From: a virus | Taxonomy: Duplodnaviria > Heunggongvirae > Uroviricota > Caudoviricetes | IMG/VR virus record: IMGVR_UViG_3300010362_000014 | Location: 1-10,739 of that record | Reading direction: 5' to 3' (one strand) | Length of the DNA stretch: 10,739 bases | Part shown: one piece after another, positions 1 through 5,568 of the stretch | Position numbering within the stretch: the first letter of the stretch is position 1 | Layout: the number at the start of each line of letters is the position of its first letter | Position numbers and translations under genes: made by a program | Notes under the pieces: generated by a model | Databases searched by the model: none | Told to the model about the DNA's origin: nothing | The model's input: the letters and a program-made list of their open reading frames with translations, nothing else

Positions 1-135
1 AAGATAGTGAATGAGTTAGTGAATGAGTTAGTGAATGAGTTAGTGAATGAGTTAGTGAATGAGTTAGTGAATGAGTTAGTGAATGAGTTAGTGAATGAGT
101 TAGTGAATGAGTTAGTGAATGAGAGCGATATATGA
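1..135 (+). CDS. 3' end of an upstream ORF (partial), ending KI(VNEL)9-VNESDI*; by position possibly the terminase small subunit
   Basis: Frame 1 is the only + frame open across the 12-bp array. Its TGA (133-135) overlaps the terL ATG (132-134) as ATGA, a typical coupling overlap. TerS identity rests on synteny only. Confidence 0.55.
   Translation, partial: KIVNELVNELVNELVNELVNELVNELVNELVNELVNELVNESDI
5..123. repeat. Tandem array of 12-bp unit TAGTGAATGAGT, about 10 copies
   Basis: Nine perfect units at 5-112, plus an 11/12 unit at 113-123, read directly from the sequence. Confidence 0.98.
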
Positions 136-2570
136 CAACATTTGAGGGAAAGGTTGTATCTAAGGAGAAATACTTTGATTTAATTGGTTATAAACCACAT
201 GAAAGACAATGGCTTTTCCACAAGTCGACTGCAAGGTTTAAGATACCGGTATGCGGGCGTCGTTTCGGTAAGGCACTTGAGGTAAACACGTTGATTCCTA
301 CTCCTTATGGTATGAGGAGAATGGAAGATTTGGATGTTGGAGATCAAGTATTTTCAGAAGATGGCATGATATGTAATGTAACAGGTACCACGCCAATCAT
401 GTTACTTGATGCCTATAAAATAGAGTTTGACGATGGGGTACATATCGTAGCAAATGACTTGCATGAATGGTTGACTTATGATAAAAGAGCACGTAAAACG
501 AGAGATGTGCATGCAGCCAAACATGAGTCTGATAAGAGAAGGAGAGTTGTACCTCCGGAAATCAGGACAACTAGGCAGATATTAGAAACTTTAAATTACG
601 GTGCTGAGCCAAACCATGCAATCCAACTATCACAACCGGTTCAATTTCCAAAACAAAATTTACCAATTGATCCATATTTGTTAGGTGTATGGCTTGGAGA
701 TGGAACCACTAGAGATGGAACATTATGTATAGCGGAAATTGATGAATGGATTGTCGAAAAAATTAAATCAAGAGGGTACGAGATTTACAAGGAAAGCGAT
801 CGACAAGGTGCTAGCATTTGGAGAGTTGTAGGTTTAAGAGCGCAACTTATAGAAAATTTCCTAATTGGAAATAAGCGGGTACCAGTTCAGTATTTATATG
901 GATCAGTCGACCAGCGTAGTGAACTACTATATGGATTGATGGATACAGACGGGTCTGTAGCTAATAATCATGTAGACTTTGATAATACAAATAGAAATCT
1001 GGCCGATGTTGTTCATTACCTTATTACTTCATTGGGGGGTAAGGTATCAAGGTCACAAAGAATAGGTAAGATTAATGGAATAGATAAAAAATTATGTTAC
1101 AGGGTACATACTGGAAGCTTAGTTAATGTATTTAGCCTACCAAGAAAGCTACATTTGCAGAGAGGACTCCCAAGACATAAGCATTATTATAGATTTATAA
1201 AGAATATTGAATATATAGGCAAAAAAGATGTAAAATGTATAGAGGTGGATTCTCCGTCTAGTCTTTATCTGGCAACTTCATCATTCATACCAACGCATAA
1301 TTCGCTTATGGGCGCACGAGAAGTTGAGCCATTACTATTAGTTCCGAGAAAAAGGGTATGGATAGTAGGCCCAACGTATGATTTGGCAGAGAAAGAATTC
1401 CGGGTTATCTGGGAAGATATGATTGTTAAGTTGGGGCTTGGTAGAGAAAAAGCGGTAAAAAAGGCTTATAGCAAACGTACCGGAGAAATGTTTATTGAGT
1501 TCCCTTGGGGATCTAGAGTAGAAGTTAGATCTGCGGATCGTGCTGAATCGCTAGTAGGCGAAAAGTTAGATTATGTAATTATGTCAGAGGCCGCTAAACA
1601 TCATGCTCAAACTTGGGAAAGATTTATACGGCCGGCGCTGGCAGACAATAGAGGATATGCTATCTTTCCAACGACACCAGAAGGCCAAAACTGGGTTTAT
1701 GATCTATGGCAAATTGGACGAAACCCAATTTGGCCTGACTATGAGTCATGGAGATTTCCTTCTTGGGAGAATCCGTTCATTTATCCGGCTGGGCGTGACG
1801 ATCCCGAAATTCAACTACAAGAAAAAACGATGCCACATGAATGGTTTCAGCAAGAAATCGCTGCAGATTTTACGACATTCATGGGTAAGATTTTTAGTGA
1901 GTGGGATGATATTGTTCACGTAAAAGAATGTAAGTTTAATCCACATTGGCCCAATTATATAGCATGGGACTTTGGATATAATAATCCAATGGCAGCTATC
2001 GAATTTCAAGTCGACCCACTTGATAGAATCCATATTTGGCGTGAACACTACAAACAAGGTGTGACAATTGAGGGATTCATAGGAGAACTGAAATCTCGTA
2101 TACAGCCATCAGGGTATGTAGTAACTTTAATGTTTGGTGACGCAGCCTCCCCCGCCGCTGTGGCCGAAATTTGTCAGAAGATGGGTCCATGCATAGCGAA
2201 TCCCAAGAGTAAAGATGATTGGCGCGAAGGTATAGATTTAGTAACGGGATTTTTAAAAGTTAGAGAAGTTTCATCCGATGAATTTGGAACTCCACAGTAT
2301 GAACCGTGGCTATATGTCGATCATTCGTGCAGGAATCTTATTCGCGAATTTAACAATTATCGTGCGGATACTAATAGAACGTCGAAACCTAGAAATGCGA
2401 AGGAACTTGGTTACAAAAATGATGATCATGGATTAGATGCGTTACGTTACGGCTTGATGCATATATTCAAGCTTGGCGTAACGATGAGATTGTCCGATAT
2501 ATATTCGCCTATGGACATGCAGGATATTCCGGAAACTGGATATTTTGTTTCCGATAGAATGAGCTTTTAG
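132..2570 (+). CDS. terL: Terminase large subunit precursor (812 aa; about 469 aa after intein removal)
   Basis: Q motif PHERQ; Walker A GRRFGK|S split by the intein; Walker B-like YVIMSEAA; coupling motif FPTTPEG; RNase H-like nuclease motifs IAWDFGYNNP and DDHGLDALRYG; lies upstream of the portal gene. Confidence 0.95.
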   Translation: MTTFEGKVVSKEKYFDLIGYKPHERQWLFHKSTARFKIPVCGRRFGKALEVNTLIPTPYGMRRMEDLDVGDQVFSEDGMICNVTGTTPIMLLDAYKIEFDDGVHIVANDLHEWLTYDKRARKTRDVHAAKHESDKRRRVVPPEIRTTRQILETLNYGAEPNHAIQLSQPVQFPKQNLPIDPYLLGVWLGDGTTRDGTLCIAEIDEWIVEKIKSRGYEIYKESDRQGASIWRVVGLRAQLIENFLIGNKRVPVQYLYGSVDQRSELLYGLMDTDGSVANNHVDFDNTNRNLADVVHYLITSLGGKVSRSQRIGKINGIDKKLCYRVHTGSLVNVFSLPRKLHLQRGLPRHKHYYRFIKNIEYIGKKDVKCIEVDSPSSLYLATSSFIPTHNSLMGAREVEPLLLVPRKRVWIVGPTYDLAEKEFRVIWEDMIVKLGLGREKAVKKAYSKRTGEMFIEFPWGSRVEVRSADRAESLVGEKLDYVIMSEAAKHHAQTWERFIRPALADNRGYAIFPTTPEGQNWVYDLWQIGRNPIWPDYESWRFPSWENPFIYPAGRDDPEIQLQEKTMPHEWFQQEIAADFTTFMGKIFSEWDDIVHVKECKFNPHWPNYIAWDFGYNNPMAAIEFQVDPLDRIHIWREHYKQGVTIEGFIGELKSRIQPSGYVVTLMFGDAASPAAVAEICQKMGPCIANPKSKDDWREGIDLVTGFLKVREVSSDEFGTPQYEPWLYVDHSCRNLIREFNNYRADTNRTSKPRNAKELGYKNDDHGLDALRYGLMHIFKLGVTMRLSDIYSPMDMQDIPETGYFVSDRMSF
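273..1301 (+). mobile_element. Class 3 intein with LAGLIDADG homing endonuclease (343 aa, precursor residues 48-390)
   Basis: Starts with ALEVNTLIPTPYG and ends with IPTHN before Ser+1. Has block B HEW, block F VKCIEV and block G THN (the W-C-T triplet), plus endonuclease motifs PYLLGVWLGDG (672-704) and ELLYGLMDTDG (921-953). Confidence 0.93.
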
Positions 2571-2614
2571 CAAGATTATAAATAACATGAGCTTTTAACA
2601 AGATTATAGATAAC
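2559..2614. repeat. Tandem 28-bp duplication (2 mismatches) covering the terL 3' end
   Basis: ATGAGCTTTTAGCAAGATTATAAATAAC (2559-2586) followed by ATGAGCTTTTAACAAGATTATAGATAAC (2587-2614). Confidence 0.92.
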
Positions 2615-2635
2615 ACGAGATTATGGTGATAATAT
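2607..2635 (+). promoter_or_regulatory. Candidate sigma70-type promoter for the accessory cassette
   Basis: TAGATA (2607-2612, 4/6 match to TTGACA), 17-bp spacer, extended -10 TG-a-TAATAT (2627-2635), in an AT-rich intergenic gap. Motif match only. Confidence 0.3.
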
Positions 2636-2657
2636 TATATTAGAGATTGGTTGGAGT

Positions 2658-2870
2658 ATGAAATTATTTGAATTGTATAGGGATGAGGATGAAACTAGAA
2701 TTTCTGGAGTTGGAATCGTGGCAGAAGGTGTAGAATTTTATGATGGCACTGTTGCAATGAGATGGAAAACGAAATTTAATTCAACTGTTATATATGATAA
2801 CATATCGGATTTGGAGAGTATACATGGACATAATGGAAAAACTAGAATTGTGTGGGTAAAGCATAATTAA
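2658..2870 (+). CDS. Small hypothetical phage protein (70 aa)
   Basis: GGAG RBS upstream. The pattern FELYRDEDET..SG.G.VAEGVEF.DGTVA.RW...HGH.GKT.IVW resembles a family I recall from actinobacteriophages; function unknown. Confidence 0.8.
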   Translation: MKLFELYRDEDETRISGVGIVAEGVEFYDGTVAMRWKTKFNSTVIYDNISDLESIHGHNGKTRIVWVKHN

Positions 2871-2958
2871 GATAATTGCAGGTATTGCAATTGGAATTAT
2901 GATCGGTGGCGCGGCAATGGCCTATTATATTGGGCATAAAATGTTTAGAGGTTGTTAG
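2863..2958 (+). CDS. Candidate 31-aa single-pass membrane micropeptide IIKIIAGIAIGIMIGGAAMAYYIGHKMFRGC (start codon uncertain)
   Basis: Open frame between TAA at 2857-2859 and TAG at 2956-2958, encoding about 20 hydrophobic residues followed by HKMFR. It fills the gap between neighbouring genes. Only ATA/ATT (2863/2866) or internal ATGs (2899, 2917) are available as starts. Confidence 0.4.
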   Translation: MIKIIAGIAIGIMIGGAAMAYYIGHKMFRGC

Positions 2959-3003
2959 GAATATCAGATGAAAATGTTTAGAGGTTGTTAGGAATATCAG
3001 ATG
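2938..3003. repeat. Exact 33-bp tandem duplication
   Basis: AAAATGTTTAGAGGTTGTTAGGAATATCAGATG at 2938-2970 and again at 2971-3003. Confidence 0.97.
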
Positions 3004-3141
3004 CCATTAGCTAAGGGAAAATCTAACAAGGTTGTATCTAAGAATGTATCGAAGCTGGTACATGAGGGTTATCCTCAGAAACAAGCCGTAGCTATTGCCA
3101 TGCGAAAGGCTGGTAAAACCAGAAAGACTAATAAGAAATGA
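3001..3141 (+). CDS. 46-aa Lys-rich protein [46 protein letters not shown] (not in the ORF track)
   Basis: AGGA RBS; TGA overlaps the next ATG (ATGA at 3138-3141). The MPL.KGKS...[10 protein letters not shown] pattern resembles a widespread small phage protein (DUF6496-like QAxAIA motif, from memory, unverified). Confidence 0.8.
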   Translation: MPLAKGKSNKVVSKNVSKLVHEGYPQKQAVAIAMRKAGKTRKTNKK

Positions 3142-3461
3142 ATGAGTGGAAAGTACCTGGCAAAATTATATTGGTGCACGATGGTGACACAGTAAAGGTA
3201 GATTTAGATCTAGGTTGGCATTTACATTATATAGTATCCGTAAGAGTTGCTCATATAAATGCGCCTGAGCTCGCTACTGAAGAGGGAAAAGTCGCGCTCG
3301 CATATGCACAAACCATTCTCAGACCAGACGCAGATGTAATTATAACATCTCACTCGTTGGATAAATATGGTAGAACTCTAGCATCTATAACTCTTAAAGA
3401 TGGAAGAGATTTCGGAACTTTAATGCTAGAGTCCGAAAATGCCGTGCCATATGAGGGATGA
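3138..3461 (+). CDS. Thermonuclease/SNase-like nuclease (107 aa)
   Basis: SNase-family motifs HDGDT, VRV..INAPE and DKYGRTLA; no signal peptide visible. Confidence 0.85.
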   Translation: MNEWKVPGKIILVHDGDTVKVDLDLGWHLHYIVSVRVAHINAPELATEEGKVALAYAQTILRPDADVIITSHSLDKYGRTLASITLKDGRDFGTLMLESENAVPYEG

Positions 3462-3702
3462 GAGTGAATTAGGTAAGAAAATTCAGGATGAGCTGGATAG
3501 AGTAATTTCTGGTACGGTATCGAAAATCGAGGGCTCAATTGTCAATAAGTGGATTGCAATAGTTGAAATATTAGACCAAGACGGTGATATTGCATTGTGG
3601 ACATTTGTTTCAGATTCTACAAAAGCTTGGGATACTATGGGTATGCTAGAATATGGACTACTTATACAGAAGGTTGCATTGGAAGAAAATAGGCGTGAGT
3701 AA
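3451..3702 (+). CDS. Small hypothetical protein (start at 3451 or 3439)
   Basis: Open frame filling the space before the portal gene. The KW..IVE...DG....W...GMLEYG pattern looks like a real phage protein. Confidence 0.65.
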   Translation: MRDESELGKKIQDELDRVISGTVSKIEGSIVNKWIAIVEILDQDGDIALWTFVSDSTKAWDTMGMLEYGLLIQKVALEENRRE

Positions 3703-3716
3703 ACTTAGTAAAATCA

Positions 3717-3746
3717 TGCACACATGTCCTAGATGTATGTTAAGAT
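3717..3746 (+). promoter_or_regulatory. Candidate promoter upstream of portal
   Basis: Extended -10 TG-t-TAAGAT (3738-3746), with TGCACA (3717-3722) as a weak -35. Motif match only. Confidence 0.28.
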
Positions 3747-3764
3747 TTACCTTCCAGGGTTGGA

Positions 3765-5273
3765 ATGATGTCTGAGATTGCAGATCTTGAGGATTACGTC
3801 AATGGTAAGTCTAAAACCTTGGCTGAGGCCATGGAAGGATATGATGTAGTCTCAGCTAATTATGATCCTGCGCACGGTTCATATATAGTATTGGCCGAGC
3901 GCGACCCTGGTATGTCTGTTTCTATAGGAGTTCAAGAATTTGGCTACGCCTCATTGTCACCATTCACCTCATGGACCCGTGATGAACGGATTCCGGAGTT
4001 ACGAGATAAAATAGGAATACGCACATATTATGATATGAAGCGTGCGGATGGCACAGTTCGATCCATGCTACGCTACATAAAAACGTCGGTTATGGCTGGG
4101 CGCTGGTACTTAGAGCCGGCTTCTGACTCTACAATTGATCAAAATATCGCTGAATACATAGAGGATAATCTCTTCAATAGATTAAATCTTCCATGGCACA
4201 GAGTAGTAGAAGATGCACTCTCCATGTGTGAATACGGATACTTTCCCATGGAGAAAGTATACGGTGTTGACGATAAAAATCCCGGTAAAATAATGTTGAG
4301 GAAACTAGCTCCTCGGCACCCACTTGATATTCGAGAATGGCTCTACGACATTAATGGTGGACCAAACGGTATAATTATGGAATCCACAGAAGCAACAGGA
4401 TGGGTACCCATAGACATCCCCATCGCTAAACTTGTTGTTTTTGTGATTGAACAAGAAGGCGGAGATATGAGAGGTATATCTCTGCTTAGATCCGCATACA
4501 AACATTATTATTACAAGGATGCACTATATAAGATTGATGCTATTCAGAAGGAACGTCACGGAATCGGCGTCCCGATTATTAAGCTCCCTCTTGGATTTAG
4601 TCAGGAAGACAAGGTTACGGCCGAGAATCTAGGACGTAACCTTAGGACAAATGAACGAGCGCACATAGTTGCGCCCGAAAACTGGACAATAGAATTTGCC
4701 AAGCTTGAAGGTCAACCAGTCGACTGTATGACATCCATAAAGCATCATAATGATCAGATTATGATCAACATCCTGGCGCCGTTCTATAATGATCCAACGG
4801 CGAAAGAGGATTCTATGACAATGTTCTATAAGTCGACTAGGTATGTGGCTACTACCATAGCTGAGACTTTTAATCATTTTCTTATTCCACAGATGGTGGA
4901 TTATAACTTTGCTAGAGGTGGATATCCTAAGCTACGAGTGCGGCGCATCGGTGAAACCGAAGATATACGCACTATGAGCTTCGCACTTCGCAACTTTGTC
5001 GGTGCTGGCGTTGTTATTCCGGATGAGATACTTGAGGAATTTGTAAGAAGAGAGATCGACATTCCGCCTGCAGACAAGGAAACGGCGCGTCAGCAAGTTC
5101 CTGGGGCAGCTGGAACCGCTACATTCCCAGATGTTACTAGTACTCCACCTGGTGCTCCTAGTCAACCTATGCCTGCACCAGTTGGATTGCCTAAACAGCA
5201 ACCCCTGCCTCCTGTGGGCCCAGGCAAGGCAAACACCGGAAATGATGCCTCTGGTAAGGCTGGCGGAAATTAA
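3765..5273 (+). CDS. Portal protein, Mu gp29/DUF935-like (502 aa)
   Basis: Motifs MKRADGTVRSMLRYIK, YGYFPMEKVY, LAPRHP, G.SLLRSAYKHYYYK and ERHGIGVPIIK; size and position between terL and the protease; Pro/Gly-rich C-terminal tail. Confidence 0.9.
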   Translation: MMSEIADLEDYVNGKSKTLAEAMEGYDVVSANYDPAHGSYIVLAERDPGMSVSIGVQEFGYASLSPFTSWTRDERIPELRDKIGIRTYYDMKRADGTVRSMLRYIKTSVMAGRWYLEPASDSTIDQNIAEYIEDNLFNRLNLPWHRVVEDALSMCEYGYFPMEKVYGVDDKNPGKIMLRKLAPRHPLDIREWLYDINGGPNGIIMESTEATGWVPIDIPIAKLVVFVIEQEGGDMRGISLLRSAYKHYYYKDALYKIDAIQKERHGIGVPIIKLPLGFSQEDKVTAENLGRNLRTNERAHIVAPENWTIEFAKLEGQPVDCMTSIKHHNDQIMINILAPFYNDPTAKEDSMTMFYKSTRYVATTIAETFNHFLIPQMVDYNFARGGYPKLRVRRIGETEDIRTMSFALRNFVGAGVVIPDEILEEFVRREIDIPPADKETARQQVPGAAGTATFPDVTSTPPGAPSQPMPAPVGLPKQQPLPPVGPGKANTGNDASGKAGGN

Positions 5274-5290
5274 TAATCTTATGAAGAGAG

Positions 5291-5566
5291 GTGAGAATAT
5301 TGCGCCAAGAACCAGTCAAGTCGGTCAGACAATCGAGGCTTGAATCGACAAGTAAAAATGTGACAACATCTAGACAAGCTGATGAAGTGCGTCTATCTGA
5401 ACGTCAACGAAAAGGGTTCGAAAATAACGCTAAGGCTATTGCCAGGAGACAAGGTATATCCTATGATAGGGCTGCCGCCATTCTGGCCGCATCCTCTCGG
5501 CGTGCTTCTGCTGCCGCGAAGAAAAAGAACCCAAGGTTAAAGAAGGTCAAGGGAAAGGCTAGTTAA
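5291..5566 (+). CDS. Small Arg/Lys/Ala-rich hypothetical protein (TTG at 5300 is an alternative start, with GAGGTG RBS)
   Basis: Fills the portal-protease gap. The C-terminal KGF...IARRQGIS.DRAAAILAA..R.AS.AAKKKNPRLKKVKG resembles a recurrent uncharacterised phage protein (from memory). Confidence 0.7.
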   Translation: MRILRQEPVKSVRQSRLESTSKNVTTSRQADEVRLSERQRKGFENNAKAIARRQGISYDRAAAILAASSRRASAAAKKKNPRLKKVKGKAS

Positions 5567-5568
5567 AA

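Noticed and set aside
5-123. 12-bp array as a CRISPR array or telomere-like repeat
   Set aside because: There are no spacers, the unit is too short for CRISPR, and the array lies inside an open frame coupled to terL.
273-1301. Class 2 (KlbA-type) intein, because of Ala1
   Set aside because: KlbA-type inteins use Cys+1. Here +1 is Ser and the full class 3 W-C-T signature is present.
1603-2057. ORFs 1603-1923 (+) and 1815-2057 (-)
   Set aside because: Both lie wholly inside the conserved terL region with no RBS or recognisable motifs; shadow ORFs.
2559-3003. 28-bp and 33-bp repeats as a phage mini-CRISPR array
   Set aside because: Lengths are CRISPR-like, but the copies are directly adjacent with no spacers, and the two repeat families are unrelated in sequence.
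3458-3472. ATG AGA GTG AAT TAG (MRVN*) overlapping the nuclease stop, loosely similar to the array unit
   Set aside because: Only a partial match in AT-rich DNA and a 4-codon frame; not distinguishable from chance.
3350-5201. Minus-strand ORFs 3350-3538, 4305-4505, 4629-4877 and 4932-5201
   Set aside because: They are antisense to well-supported genes in a uniformly + strand operon and have no recognisable features.
5131-5343. ORF 5131-5343 (+), including MKRGENIAPRTSQVGQTIEA from ATG 5281
   Set aside because: It overlaps the portal tail and the better supported 5291/5300 gene, and has no convincing RBS or motif.
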